From the IMG/VR virus record IMGVR_UViG_2541047519_000001, positions 5,123-69,122 of that record: 64,000 bases of DNA; one strand, given 5' to 3'. The DNA is from a virus. Lineage: Duplodnaviria; Caudoviricetes. The position numbers were made by a program, and so were the translations under genes. Under the pieces are notes generated by a model. That model was not told the DNA's origin, ran no database searches, and was given only the letters and a program-made list of their open reading frames with translations. Shown in pieces: positions 9,521-20,700 of this stretch. Within the stretch, counting starts at the first letter, position 1, and the number at the start of each line of letters is the position of its first letter.

Positions 9521-11226
9521 AGACAATCAAACAGTTTCTCATTGATTACTCGCGCGATGTGATATCGGGTGAGATTGTGGCGTGTGAAAAACACATTTGG
9601 GCCTGCGAGCGTTTTTTAAATGATGTGAGTCGGGAAGGCACAAGGGAGTTTCCTTATGTGTTTGATGATGAAAAAGCCCGCCGGTTCCTTTACTGGATGA
9701 CACAATTCAAACATACGAAAGGGCCGTTGCAAGGAGAAAATATTGTGCCGGAACCGATTCAGATTTTCATTTTTGGAAATGTGTACGGCTGGGTGCATAA
9801 GGATACCGGCTATCGCAGATTTAAAAAGGTCTATTGGCAGGTCGGCCGTAAAAACACCAAAACGCAGAGTTTGGCTTGTGTCGGTTCTTATGAGGCAATG
9901 GCAAACGATGAATACATGTCTGAGGTATATATCGGGGCTACTAAAACCGAGCAGGCAAAGATTTGCTGGAATGAGATTAAGGCACAGATTATGCAAAGTG
10001 ATCTTTTGAATAAGCCAGAAAAGAAATACAGGATTGCATACGGCAAAATTGAGCATCCCAAAACGCAATCTAAAATAGAGGCGCTTTCCAAAGATGCAGG
10101 CAAGACTGGTGACGGATTTAACCCTCAGTGTGGAATTATTGATGAATATCATGCACATAAAACATCTGAAATTTATGACGTTCTTGCTTCAGGTATGGCT
10201 GCCCGCGCGCAACCTTTAATGATGATAATCACGACTGCAGGCTTTGAATTAAATAATCCCGCCTATCGTGTGGAATATGATTACGTGTCCCGCATTCTGG
10301 ACCCGAATAAAGTGGAAAAGAATGAACAATATTTTGTGATGATCAATGAATTGGACAAAGGCGATGACATCAAGGATGAACGGAATTGGGTCAAAGCGAA
10401 CCCCATCGTAGCGGCTAATGAGCATGGCTTGAATTATTTGCGCGGAGAGTTGGAAGTCGCGTTGGCCGTTCCGGAAAAAATGAGAAACTTCATGACAAAA
10501 AACATGAATATTTGGGTTAATATGCGGGAGAACGGCTATATGGATATGCAGGCATGGACGGACTGTGGGTCCGATAAATTTCCGGATCTGAAAAACCGAG
10601 AGTGCTATGTCGGCATTGACTTATCAAAAACGATTGACTTAACGGCAGCATCTTTTATCTTTCCGTTAGATGACGGCAGTTTCGCTGTAGAGAGTCACGG
10701 CTTTATGCCGGAAGATACGTTCCATGAACGAATGAAGACTGATAACGTCCCATATGACTTGTGGAAGGAAAGGAAATGGTTAACGACTACAGATGGCGCC
10801 GTTGTTGATTATGACTATATCAGGGCCTACATCAAGAAAATGGAGAAAGAAAACGGCTGGCGGATCAAGGAAATAGGTTATGACCCATATAACGCCACAC
10901 AGTTTGCTCAGCAGATGGAGGCAGACGGTTACGTGATGGTTGAGATAAGGCAGGGCGTAGCGACGTTATCTGAGCCAACAAAGGATTTTAGAGCCAAAGT
11001 CAAATCGAAAAAAATCATTCATCCGAAAAATGACCTACTGACCTGGGCGATGGGTAATGCAGTGACAAAAGTAGACGCCCAGGAGAATATCATGCTGAAC
11101 AAATCAAAATCAACGCAGCGGATTGATCCTGCGGCAGCACTCATCAATGCGCACGTACGTGCTTCTCAAATCAATAACGCGGTCGATTTGAACACTTATA
11201 TCCAGTCAGCTTCATTCTCTTTCTAA
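9517..11226 (+). CDS. Terminase large subunit
   Basis: Walker A VGRKNTKT, Walker B IIDEYH, ITTAG, nuclease GIDLS...D and RIDPAAA. Confidence 0.95.
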   Translation: MKTIKQFLIDYSRDVISGEIVACEKHIWACERFLNDVSREGTREFPYVFDDEKARRFLYWMTQFKHTKGPLQGENIVPEPIQIFIFGNVYGWVHKDTGYRRFKKVYWQVGRKNTKTQSLACVGSYEAMANDEYMSEVYIGATKTEQAKICWNEIKAQIMQSDLLNKPEKKYRIAYGKIEHPKTQSKIEALSKDAGKTGDGFNPQCGIIDEYHAHKTSEIYDVLASGMAARAQPLMMIITTAGFELNNPAYRVEYDYVSRILDPNKVEKNEQYFVMINELDKGDDIKDERNWVKANPIVAANEHGLNYLRGELEVALAVPEKMRNFMTKNMNIWVNMRENGYMDMQAWTDCGSDKFPDLKNRECYVGIDLSKTIDLTAASFIFPLDDGSFAVESHGFMPEDTFHERMKTDNVPYDLWKERKWLTTTDGAVVDYDYIRAYIKKMEKENGWRIKEIGYDPYNATQFAQQMEADGYVMVEIRQGVATLSEPTKDFRAKVKSKKIIHPKNDLLTWAMGNAVTKVDAQENIMLNKSKSTQRIDPAAALINAHVRASQINNAVDLNTYIQSASFSF

Positions 11227-11238
11227 GGAGGTATAAGA

Positions 11239-11409
11239 GTGAAGAAAATACTGACGATCATTATGCTCTTTATGAACGATTTTCTTTTTATTGTCGGAGC
11301 TGCTTTCATTCTAGCGACCGCATACCGTTTACACACAAACATCGGTCTGATTCTGACGGGTGTCTTTTTTATGTTTTATGCGATGCTATTAAGCAAGAAA
11401 AGGAGGTAA
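11239..11409 (+). CDS. Small membrane protein upstream of portal
   Basis: RBS AAGGAGG, GTG start, two hydrophobic helices; read by hand. Confidence 0.65.
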   Translation: MKKILTIIMLFMNDFLFIVGAAFILATAYRLHTNIGLILTGVFFMFYAMLLSKKRR

Positions 11410-11413
11410 TTAA

Positions 11414-12694
11414 TTGTTTTTAGAAGGGCTGTTCTCAAAAAGATCAAATGATTCAGAGCCTTGGAATCTTGCGAATCCTCCTGATTGGATCATTGATATG
11501 TTCGGTGGTTCAAAGACAGCCAGCGGCGAGCGTGTAAGTGAATCAACAGCTCTGGTCCATCCCGATGTTTTTTCTTGCGTGAATGTATTATCAGATGATA
11601 TCGCCAAACTTTCAATGCATACCTTTAAAAAAGAAAATGGAAATATCGTAAGCAGCATGCATCATCCTATTGCTCCTTTACTTTATCTCAAACCGAATCA
11701 ATACATGACGGCTTTCACTTGGAAAAAACTTATGATGACCCATGCTTGTACGTGGGGCAATGGATATTCCTATTTGAAACCCGATCGAAATGGTTTTATC
11801 ACTGATCTTCTACCGTTAAATCCTGCAAACACGTGTCCTTATGTGGACCCGAATACAGGCATCTTATGGTATGAAACCGTCATTGATTCAAAAAGAGTGG
11901 AACTATACGCGGATGAGGTCTTACATTTCAAGGGGTTGACAGAAGACGGTATAAACGGAAAAAGTCCCATTGGTGTCATACGCGAACAGATCGGGGCTCA
12001 GTCTGCTGCCACAAAATTTAACGCGAAATTATATAAGAATGATGCGACACCCAGGGGGATTTTAAAGGTTCCTACTCTTTTAGAAGAAGGCGCCAAGGAC
12101 CGAGCCAGGAGAGAATGGGACAGGGTGAACGCAGGAAAAAATATTGCGATCATTGATGCCGGGCTTGACTATCAATCAATATCAATGCCTTTACAAGAAG
12201 CGCAATTTGTAGAGTCTATGAAATTTAATAAGGCGCAAATCGCATCCATTTTTAAAGTTCCATTGCATAAAATCAATGAGTTGGACAGGGCGACCTTCAG
12301 CAATATAGAACACCAATCCATTGAATATGTGAAAAATACGCTTCAGCCGTGGTTGGTATCCTTTGAGCAAGAAATTATTACAAAGTTGTTTACCGATGAT
12401 GAAATCAAACAAGGTTACTATGTAAAATTCAATGTGAATAGTGAATTGCGCGGCGATGCCAAATCAAGAGCAGAATACTACGAAATTATGGAACGTATCA
12501 GCGGGCTAAATATTAATGAAATCCGTGCTTTGGAAGAGAGAAACGCTATTGAAAATGGAGACCGCCACCTTGTTTCACTCAATTACACGTTCCTTGATAC
12601 ACTTGAACAATATCAAATGAATAAGACGAGATCAGCTAAAGGAGGTGAGGACATACATGAGCAAGGAAGTTCGCCACCTGACAACGAAAATTGA
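11414..12694 (+). CDS. Portal protein, HK97 family
   Basis: VFSCVNVLSDDIA, EVLHFK, GKSPI, IASIFKVP, FSNIEHQ motifs. Confidence 0.95.
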   Translation: MFLEGLFSKRSNDSEPWNLANPPDWIIDMFGGSKTASGERVSESTALVHPDVFSCVNVLSDDIAKLSMHTFKKENGNIVSSMHHPIAPLLYLKPNQYMTAFTWKKLMMTHACTWGNGYSYLKPDRNGFITDLLPLNPANTCPYVDPNTGILWYETVIDSKRVELYADEVLHFKGLTEDGINGKSPIGVIREQIGAQSAATKFNAKLYKNDATPRGILKVPTLLEEGAKDRARREWDRVNAGKNIAIIDAGLDYQSISMPLQEAQFVESMKFNKAQIASIFKVPLHKINELDRATFSNIEHQSIEYVKNTLQPWLVSFEQEIITKLFTDDEIKQGYYVKFNVNSELRGDAKSRAEYYEIMERISGLNINEIRALEERNAIENGDRHLVSLNYTFLDTLEQYQMNKTRSAKGGEDIHEQGSSPPDNEN

Positions 12695-13283
12695 GTTGCG
12701 TTCTGCTGGTGAAGGTGAAGAAAAAAGGGACTTTATTGAGGGCTACGCCCTAAAATTTGAAAAATGGTCCGAGCGTTTAGGTGGATGGTTTAAAGAAATC
12801 ATCAGTCGGGATGCATTAGCTTCTGCAGATCTTTCAAACGTAGTGGCGCTTTTTAACCATCGCCAGGATTACCCGTTAGCGAGAAATACCGTTTCTGGTG
12901 ATGCTGGGAGGCTTGAACTGGAGACAGATGCTATCGGTCTTAAATTCCGTTTTACCCCCACAGATACGACGTACGCTAAGGATTTAATGGAGAATATCAG
13001 AAGCGGAGTCATCAATCAGTGTTCCTTCGCATTTTCTTTGAATTATGGCAAGGACGAGCCTGATGAATGGCGCCATAATGATGAAGAAGACATTTATGAA
13101 CGCCGCATTAATAACATTGAACGCATTTTTGATATTTCACTTGTCACAACTCCCGCCTATAACGACACGGAGGCTGTGATCGGTGAACGTAGCTTAGAAA
13201 AAGTCGAGCAGATCAAAGAAATGCGCGCTGCGCCAGTTGAAAAGTTAAAAATGGAGTTAGAACTCTTAGACCTGACGTTGTAG
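12657..13283 (+). CDS. Prohead protease, HK97 family
   Basis: IEGYALKF, ALFNH, CSFAF, DISLVTTPAY; RBS AAGGAGG. Confidence 0.92.
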   Translation: MSKEVRHLTTKIELRSAGEGEEKRDFIEGYALKFEKWSERLGGWFKEIISRDALASADLSNVVALFNHRQDYPLARNTVSGDAGRLELETDAIGLKFRFTPTDTTYAKDLMENIRSGVINQCSFAFSLNYGKDEPDEWRHNDEEDIYERRINNIERIFDISLVTTPAYNDTEAVIGERSLEKVEQIKEMRAAPVEKLKMELELLDLTL

Positions 13284-13321
13284 GTCTATTTTTTATGCCC
13301 AAATACAAGGAGGAAGTATAA

Positions 13322-14623
13322 ATGCCAGTAGCAATGACAAAAAAAGAACGTGAATTAAGACAGAAATTCACGCAGAAAAAACAAGAGGCAACCAATCTTT
13401 TAGAAGAGGGAAAATCTGAAGAAGCCCGCAGCATGCTTGACGAAGCAAAGGAAATGCATAAACAAATTGAAATGATGGCAGAGGGGCGCAGCCTGGAAGT
13501 GCCGTCGCTAGGTGAGGAACGAAACTTTGTTCCAGAACTCGATCGTAAGCCTGACGAAAAACCGGAGGAGCGCGATATTTTAACAGCAACCAAAGAATAC
13601 CGAGAAGCTTGGTTCAAAGTATTGACCGGTCGCAGCCACGATCTTGGTGAAGAAGAAAGAAGCATGATGCAGCGTGTCCTAAAAGAAAATCGCTCTTTGT
13701 CTGCTGGAAGTGATAAAGACGGCGGATATACTGTGCCGGATGATATTTCAAAAGAGATATTGAAATCCATCCAGGAGTTAAACTCTGTGCGCAACCTGGT
13801 TCGTGTTGTACCAAAAACTGCTCCATCAGGGAGTTATCCAGTCCGAAAAGGTGCAGCAGGAAAACTCTATAATACGGCCGAGAAAGAACAAATCAAAGAA
13901 CTAAAAAACATGGAATTTGACCAAATCTGGTACAACGTTAAAAAGTTTGCTGGATTTATGCCAATTTCAAGTGAGCTTTTAAACGATTCATTTATCAATT
14001 TTGTAAGAGAAATCGTGGACTGGCTTTCTGAGTCTGCGGTTGTCACAGAAAATGAAGAAGTCTTTTATGGAAAAGGCGGGGAGACAAATGTCGAAGGCAT
14101 CATTACCAGTGAAAAATACAAAACTCTTAAAGCGCCTTCCTTAATCACTATTAAATTTCTGCGTAAGGTTAAAAACCAAATTAAACGTGGATATCGTAAA
14201 AATGCAAAGTGGGTTATGAATACTGAAGCTTTTGAAACCTTGGCTAATATTGAAGATAAAAACGGTCGGGGCATTTTAGCAGAAGACCCAAGAAATGAGG
14301 ACAACTTCTTACTGTTTGGCCGCCCTGTTGAAATCTATGACGAGGTTCTTACAGATGATAAAACACAGAAAACACACATTCTTTTTGGTGATTTCAAACG
14401 CGGCTATTTCATGTTTGATCGTCAAAAATTCGAAATCAAATCAACTGACGTGGGTGGAGACGCTTTCCTTACTGATCAAACATACTTCCGAGGTATTGAG
14501 CGTTTCGACGGTAAAGTCGTAGATCGGGAAGCAGCCGTCATTGTAACTGATCTTGTTGTTGGCGAAGATGCTCAAGTAGAAACACCGACAGATGATGGAA
14601 AAGCAGTAGACGCAGGAAAATAA
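13322..14623 (+). CDS. Major capsid protein, HK97 fold
   Basis: N-terminal delta coiled coil, DGGYTVP, LLFGRPV, FGDFKRGY, RFDGKV. Confidence 0.95.
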   Translation: MPVAMTKKERELRQKFTQKKQEATNLLEEGKSEEARSMLDEAKEMHKQIEMMAEGRSLEVPSLGEERNFVPELDRKPDEKPEERDILTATKEYREAWFKVLTGRSHDLGEEERSMMQRVLKENRSLSAGSDKDGGYTVPDDISKEILKSIQELNSVRNLVRVVPKTAPSGSYPVRKGAAGKLYNTAEKEQIKELKNMEFDQIWYNVKKFAGFMPISSELLNDSFINFVREIVDWLSESAVVTENEEVFYGKGGETNVEGIITSEKYKTLKAPSLITIKFLRKVKNQIKRGYRKNAKWVMNTEAFETLANIEDKNGRGILAEDPRNEDNFLLFGRPVEIYDEVLTDDKTQKTHILFGDFKRGYFMFDRQKFEIKSTDVGGDAFLTDQTYFRGIERFDGKVVDREAAVIVTDLVVGEDAQVETPTDDGKAVDAGK

Positions 14624-14650
14624 AAATCAAAATGAGAGGATTGATTTGAA

Positions 14651-15034
14651 ATGGCAAACGATTTTTTGAATAAGAGCAATGGTGTATATACTTCAGCAGA
14701 GGAAGGCGCAGACGGCAAGCCCGTCACTCCTGTTTACTTAAAGGGTAACAGTAAAGACAATCCTATATTCATTCAAGGCATGCAGGGACCGAAAGGGGAT
14801 CAAGGCCCCCAAGGAGAAAAAGGCGCTAAAGGTGAAACTGGTCCGAAAGGGGACAAAGGGGATGCTGCAGTCATTGAAGCTGCCTCTATTAAAAATGAAC
14901 ATTTGGACGATGGATCAGTAAACTCTAGAACTATTGGTAAAGGCAGCGTCAAATGGGACAACATTAATTCTGAAGTGCAGAAAATGATTACAGACTTACA
15001 GGAACAAGTACAAGCCTTACAAAAAACTGAATAA
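14651..15034 (+). CDS. Collagen-like head fibre or decoration protein
   Basis: Gly-X-Y run QGMQGPKGDQGPQGEKGAKGETGPKGDKGD. Confidence 0.75.
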   Translation: MANDFLNKSNGVYTSAEEGADGKPVTPVYLKGNSKDNPIFIQGMQGPKGDQGPQGEKGAKGETGPKGDKGDAAVIEAASIKNEHLDDGSVNSRTIGKGSVKWDNINSEVQKMITDLQEQVQALQKTE

Positions 15035-15054
15035 TGAAAGACAGGTGACGTCAG

Positions 15055-15357
15055 ATGACAGAAGCCGAGAAAATTGAATTAAAGAAAGCGAAAAAATTCC
15101 TCCGGGTTGATGGTGACTTGGAGGATGATTTGATTCTAGACTTTATCGCAGCGGCAAAAGAACATATTACATCTGCCACCGGCCTTACATTTCCGAATAA
15201 CTCAGCACGGGCAGCTTTGTGTGTAAAAGCTTTTGTGACGCATTGGTATGAAAACCGGGAGATTGCCGGCACGACATCCAATTTGGACGGCGTGCTGACT
15301 ATGATGATCAATCAGTTGAAATATACGGTCCCCGAGGTGAAGCCTAATGCTGAATGA
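15055..15357 (+). CDS. Head-tail connector (gp6-like)
   Basis: AKKFLRVD...DDLILDFIAAA...VTHWYENRE. Confidence 0.9.
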   Translation: MTEAEKIELKKAKKFLRVDGDLEDDLILDFIAAAKEHITSATGLTFPNNSARAALCVKAFVTHWYENREIAGTTSNLDGVLTMMINQLKYTVPEVKPNAE

Positions 15358-15661
15358 TATGCGTTACAGGATTCAGTTTCAGAAAAAGAAGCAGACCGGT
15401 CGCCTACCTGTGGATGGAAAGGACAGCTGGGAAACAGTCATTGAATGTTGGGCCAAAGCAGAAGGTTTAAAAGGCCGCGAGTATTATGCAGCGGCAGCCA
15501 TTCAAAAGGAAAAGACTATTAAATTCACTATCCGCCACCGAGAAGACATTAATGAACATATGCGGATCGTATTTGAAAATAATGTTTACGAAATAGAGTC
15601 CATCTTGCCGAATTACTCACGTCGGCATTTTTTGATGGTGAAAGCAAATGTGGTGAGCTGA
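15347..15661 (+). CDS. Head closure protein (SPP1 gp16-like)
   Basis: MRYRIQFQ...CWAK...FTIRHREDI...YEIESI. Confidence 0.88.
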   Translation: MLNDMRYRIQFQKKKQTGRLPVDGKDSWETVIECWAKAEGLKGREYYAAAAIQKEKTIKFTIRHREDINEHMRIVFENNVYEIESILPNYSRRHFLMVKANVVS

Positions 15662-16059
15662 TGAATTTTGAAATTGAATTGCAAGGCTTTAAGGAGCTTG
15701 AAGCAACATTTGCTGACTTGGCCCGCAAGGATGAAAAAATCCATAAAGCAGCTGTCAAAGCTGGAGGCGCTGTTTTGGCTGCGGAAATTAATGAAGAGGC
15801 ACCACGTTCTGACCTTGGCGGCAGTCATCCACACATTGAGGAGGATATCATTGTCGGCAATCGGATAAAACGAGATGAAGATGGGGAAATATATGCGGTT
15901 GTTGGTCCAACGAAAGAAACAAAATTCCGTGTTCACTTGCCGGAGTTTGGAACCATTCATCAGCCAGCGAATCCCTTTATTCAACGAAGTATGATGAAGG
16001 CTAATGACAAGATACTTGAAGCCATGAGAAAGGCCATAAAGGCGGGATACAAGCTGTGA
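15661..16059 (+). CDS. HK97 gp10-family tail component
   Basis: EFGTIHQPANPFI motif and position. Confidence 0.88.
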   Translation: MNFEIELQGFKELEATFADLARKDEKIHKAAVKAGGAVLAAEINEEAPRSDLGGSHPHIEEDIIVGNRIKRDEDGEIYAVVGPTKETKFRVHLPEFGTIHQPANPFIQRSMMKANDKILEAMRKAIKAGYKL

Positions 16060-16439
16060 ACCTTATTGAACGATCAGAACAATTAAAAGACAAAGTATTC
16101 AAAGCGCTGGAGACGAACCCGGCGCTTTTATTATTGGCTGAAGCCACAAATATTTACGAATCAGCGGTACCAGAAGGAGTACAAAGCAGCCCGCCTTATA
16201 TTGTGGTTCAGGAATTGGACTACAGACCAACAAGATGGGCAGATGGGAAGCAGATACAAGATAGCGCCGTTTATCAGATTGACGTGTACCACAATGATTC
16301 ATGTGATCCTATTTTGGTGCCTATTGTGGACGTAATGGAAAGTTTGGACTTTCAGACAGGGTTCCCTATTAATGAATTTTTACAAAAAGAACGTCTTATA
16401 CGAAAAGGCTATCGGTTCGAGGCGAACATTTTACTATAA
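16056..16439 (+). CDS. Tail completion/terminator protein (DUF3168-like)
   Basis: PPYIVV...YQIDVY; position before major tail protein. Confidence 0.8.
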   Translation: MNLIERSEQLKDKVFKALETNPALLLLAEATNIYESAVPEGVQSSPPYIVVQELDYRPTRWADGKQIQDSAVYQIDVYHNDSCDPILVPIVDVMESLDFQTGFPINEFLQKERLIRKGYRFEANILL

Positions 16440-16453
16440 TTGGAGGTTTTAAG

Positions 16454-17065
16454 ATGCCTGAATACAGTTCGGTTACAGGTTTGAAGAATGTGAAATTTGC
16501 TCCTTTAAAAAAGGTTGGTAAATATTTTGTCACTACAGAAATTCTTGACTATGAATTTGCAATCAATATGAAAGTTGATACAGAAACATCCACAGAAAAA
16601 CAATATGCAGATGACAAACTTGTCGATCTTGCAGTCTCGACCGGTTCAACTAAATTAGATATTGAAATGCGAGACTTGCCAATGGAAATTCTCTCTAAAC
16701 TACTTGGGATTGAACAAGATGAAAACGGATTGTACTTGTTTAAGAAAAATATCATTCCCCCATGGGTTGCTATGACGTTCCAAGGGCCTAAAGCAAACGG
16801 CAAGTCTCGTCATGTTGGCTTAGTAAAAGGGCGATTCTCTTTGCCTGGTGATGAATGGAAAACGAAACAAGATAAAACGGATTTCCAAACGATCAAACTT
16901 TCAGCAGAATTTGTAGATAGAGAGCAGGACGATGTGTTTAAAATCGTTGCAGACGAAGATGGAGAAGAGTTTAGTCTGGATCATTTTTATAAGGCCGTTT
17001 TTGGCGAGTCCTATAAAAATGAATCAGGGACAGAAGAAAATGCAAGTGCTGATCTAGGAAAATAA
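16454..17065 (+). CDS. Major tail protein (phi13-like)
   Basis: GLKNVKFA, YADDKL, PPWVAMTF, KGRF motifs. Confidence 0.9.
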   Translation: MPEYSSVTGLKNVKFAPLKKVGKYFVTTEILDYEFAINMKVDTETSTEKQYADDKLVDLAVSTGSTKLDIEMRDLPMEILSKLLGIEQDENGLYLFKKNIIPPWVAMTFQGPKANGKSRHVGLVKGRFSLPGDEWKTKQDKTDFQTIKLSAEFVDREQDDVFKIVADEDGEEFSLDHFYKAVFGESYKNESGTEENASADLGK

Positions 17066-17134
17066 GAAAGAGGGAAGCTGAAAAGCTTCTCTTTGTTCAT
17101 ACAAAATCTATTTAACTCAAAGGGAGGAGTCATC

Positions 17135-17512
17135 ATGGCTCAAAAACATATTTCTATAAAACTCTGGTTTGAAGAAGGAGAAAAGTTCAAAACATTCATT
17201 GCTCCGCGGACAAATACAAAAACGCTTATTGAGGCGTTGAGGCTAAATGCTGAAGCTGAAAAAACGGCAGAGGATCTTGAAAAGAGTATCAAAACATTAG
17301 AGAAACAAATCCAGTTTATCGTGAAAATTTTCCGTGATCAGTTCACTTATGACGAATTCACCGATGGGCTGCAATCATTTGAAGTCACAAAAGAAGTCAG
17401 TCGCATTCTCTCAGAGGTGGCCGGATATAAAGAAATTGAGGAAGCGGATCAAGATTTTTTGCCGGAACAGACGGAGAAGAGTACACATACGAAAGAGGCA
17501 TCCAGCAAATAA
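17135..17512 (+). CDS. Tail assembly chaperone gpG
   Basis: RBS GGGAGG; between major tail and tape measure genes; slippery T TTT TTG at 17455-17461. Confidence 0.85.
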   Translation: MAQKHISIKLWFEEGEKFKTFIAPRTNTKTLIEALRLNAEAEKTAEDLEKSIKTLEKQIQFIVKIFRDQFTYDEFTDGLQSFEVTKEVSRILSEVAGYKEIEEADQDFLPEQTEKSTHTKEASSK

Positions 17513-17652
17513 ACGATATATATGCCACTCTGCTAAAAGAAGGCTGGAAAATGACAGAAATAGATGAAATGGACATCTATCATTACTTAGAAATTCTTGC
17601 CGAAGCGAACAAACCGAAAATTAAGACGGTAACAATTGATCAAATCTTTTAG
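17458..17652 (+). CDS. gpT extension of gpGT via -1 frameshift
   Basis: -1 frame is open from the slippery site: FAGTDGEEY...LLKEGWKMTEIDEMDIYHYLE...DQIF*. Confidence 0.8.
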   Translation, partial: FAGTDGEEYTYERGIQQINDIYATLLKEGWKMTEIDEMDIYHYLEILAEANKPKIKTVTIDQIF

Positions 17653-17711
17653 GCAGGCTGCAACCTGTCTTTTTTTGTTGAGTTTATGCCAGGGAAGCGG
17701 GGTGGTTACAT

Positions 17712-20700
17712 ATGGCGCAACCAATAGGAAATATGGTCGTCAAGGTTGGTATTGATGATACGGGATTTAATCGCGGAGTAGAAGGTCTGAAGCGTCAGAT
17801 GCGCTTGGCGAATTCAGAAATGAAGGCGGCCGGCAGTATTTATAAGAATACAGGTCAACAGTCAAAGCTTTTACAGTCTCAAATGGAAGGCTTAAACAAC
17901 AAGTATCAGATCCAAGGAAGATTAGTCCAAGAACATCGAAAACGTTATGAAGAATTGGCACGCGAAAAAGGAAAAGATAGTCGGGAAACACAGATTCAAG
18001 CCCGGCGGTTAAATGATTCCATTGCTGTTCACCAGAATTTAGGGAAAGAGTTGCAGCAAGTCACAAAAGAATTTGAAAACACTTCAGACAGCGGCAAACG
18101 TGCAGCCGGTGTCTTTTCTGTGTTTAAGAAAGATTCACAGGGCGTTTCGGAAGAATTGAATGCCGTTTATACCTCTGCAACGACTGCTGGAAAGGCATTG
18201 ACTGCGCTTGGAGCTGCGGGTGTAATAGGCATCGGGGCAAGCGTAAAAGTTGCGGCCGATTTCGAAAAAGCCATGAGCCGTGTGGGAGCATTGGCGAATT
18301 CAACAAATGATCAAATGGTTGAATTGACTGATACGGCTCGCCATTTGGGAGCGACAACACAGTTTACAGATGGACAAGTGGCTGAGGGTATGCAGTATTT
18401 GGCGATGGCCGGATACAAAACAAATCAAATTATTGGGGCAATGCCTGGTTTACTTGCGACAGCTGCAGCTGGGCAAACGGATCTTGGTGTCACGGCCGAT
18501 ATCGTATCTGATATTTTAACGGAGTTTCATATAAAAGCTGAAGATACGAACCGTGTTGCAGATGTTATGACCTATACGTTTACCAATTCAAACGCAACTC
18601 TCCAAGAGATAGGGCAAACAATGAAATACGCGGCACCAGCAGCAAAAACAGCCGGTGTCAGTATGGAAGAGTTGGCGGCGGCAACCGGCATCATGGCTAA
18701 CAGTGGTATTAAGGCTGATATGGCTGGAACGGCACTCAGATCGACGTTAACTCGATTGGCAGCACCACCAAAACCAGCGGCGTCAGCTATTGAAGAATTA
18801 GGGCTGAAAGTGACAGACTCAACCGGAAAAATGCGTCCGTTAGCTGACATCATGGGGCAGATCACCGAAAAAACGAAAAATTACACTGAAACAGAAAAAA
18901 TCCGGATTGCTAAACAACTTGCCGGACAGCATGCTCTTTCTGGCTTTATCACCTTAATGCATGCCGGAAAAGATAAGCTTCAAGACTTTACAAAGGAATT
19001 AGAGAACAGCGGAGGAACAGCCGAAAAAATTGCTGACAAGCAAATGGACAACTTGGCTGGATCAATGGAGTATCTCAAATCTGCGGTGAACAACGCTGTG
19101 ATCACCTTGGGGAATCAGTTTATTCCTGTGATTCGTGCCACAACTGACGGCTTAACAAAAATCGTTACATGGTTTGATGCATTGCCTTCTTCTGTCGCGA
19201 GCACGATAGCAATTACTGGCGCAGCAGTGACAGTGTTTTCACTTTTGGGCGGTGCGTTCTTACTAACATTAGGTGCGCTCCCAAAGATAGCTGCAGGTTG
19301 GAATATGCTCCGAACAGCCGGGTCTTATTTGACCGGTAATATAAACCGGGCATCCACAAGCCTTGGTGTTTATTCAGCTGAAGCAATAGCAGCGGGCACA
19401 GCCTCACGAACAGCGGCGGTAGGGATGAATACAACGTCAACCGCCGCAGCTGTAGCATCCACAAGAATGGACCGGTTCCACCAAACTACTGCCGTGGCAA
19501 CCACTAGAACCGGGAGACTGGAACAGTCCACAAGCCGAAGCACGAGGGCTATGCGTGGGCTGGGGGGAGCTTCACGAACAGCCGGCCTGGGGTTAAGTCT
19601 ATTTGGCGGCCCTGTTGGGATGATTGCAGGCCTGATCCTTTCTTTTGCTCCCGAATTGTTAAAGTTCAGCGCCGGAATAATCAAAACTGGATTAAGCGCC
19701 GTAAAAGGGGCTGGCGGATTTATGCAGCTTGCCAAAAGCGGTTTCGGTTTGTTTAACATCCTCAAAAAAGGCGCGGGGGTTGTTGGCCTTTTACGCAGCG
19801 GGCTGAGCTTGCTAGGCGGTCCTGTGGGAATTGCGATTACAGGCGTTACGCTTCTTGCTGAAGCAGGCTTCAAGTATTACGACAATTTAAAAAAGAGAGT
19901 GTTGCCGGCAACCATTGATTTTGGTGATAAGGTATCCGAATCAACATCAAAAGCCGTTAACGCTTATGAAGACCTGAACACAAAAGTTGGGGCGCAATTG
20001 AATTACTACTATTTGACGAACAAAAAAATCACGAAAAAAATAGCTGAGAACATGTCCAGCCAGTATGAAAAAATGGGCAAAACCTTGCAGGATGGTTATC
20101 AAAAAAGTACCGACAAATCTTTAAAAGTGCTGAGTGATTTTTATGCTTCAAATAAAGATATGTCAGAAGAAGAGAAAACAGCAACTCTTAAAAATATTAA
20201 GGACAGCAATGCTAAAAAGCATAAGGAGATATCCGGGTACACCAAGCGTATTAAGAAAATATGGGAGAATGCGGCCAAAGAACACCGGGATATCACGGAA
20301 GGCGAACGGAAAGAGATTGAAGAGATTACCAGAAAGATGAATAAAAATGTCGAAACAGCTCTTTCCAAAAGCAAAGAAGAACAAACCATCATCGCTGGTA
20401 AATTAAAAGACAATAAGACTGAGCTTTCCGCAAAAGAGGCAGCTGCCACGGTCAAAAACAGCAAAAACGCAAAAGATAAGGTTGTCAAAAACGCAGAAAA
20501 ACAATATAAAGATGTCGTCAAAAATGCTGATCTTGAGTTTTACGTCAAAAAATCTATCACCAAAAAGCAGCATGATGATACTGTTAGCTCTGCGGAGAGC
20601 CAGAAAGATCAGGTTGTCAAGGAGGCTGAAAAAACTCATAAAGGTGTGGTGAGTGAAGCGAAGCTGCAGGCTGCTGGCCATGTTAAAGAAGTTGATTGGG

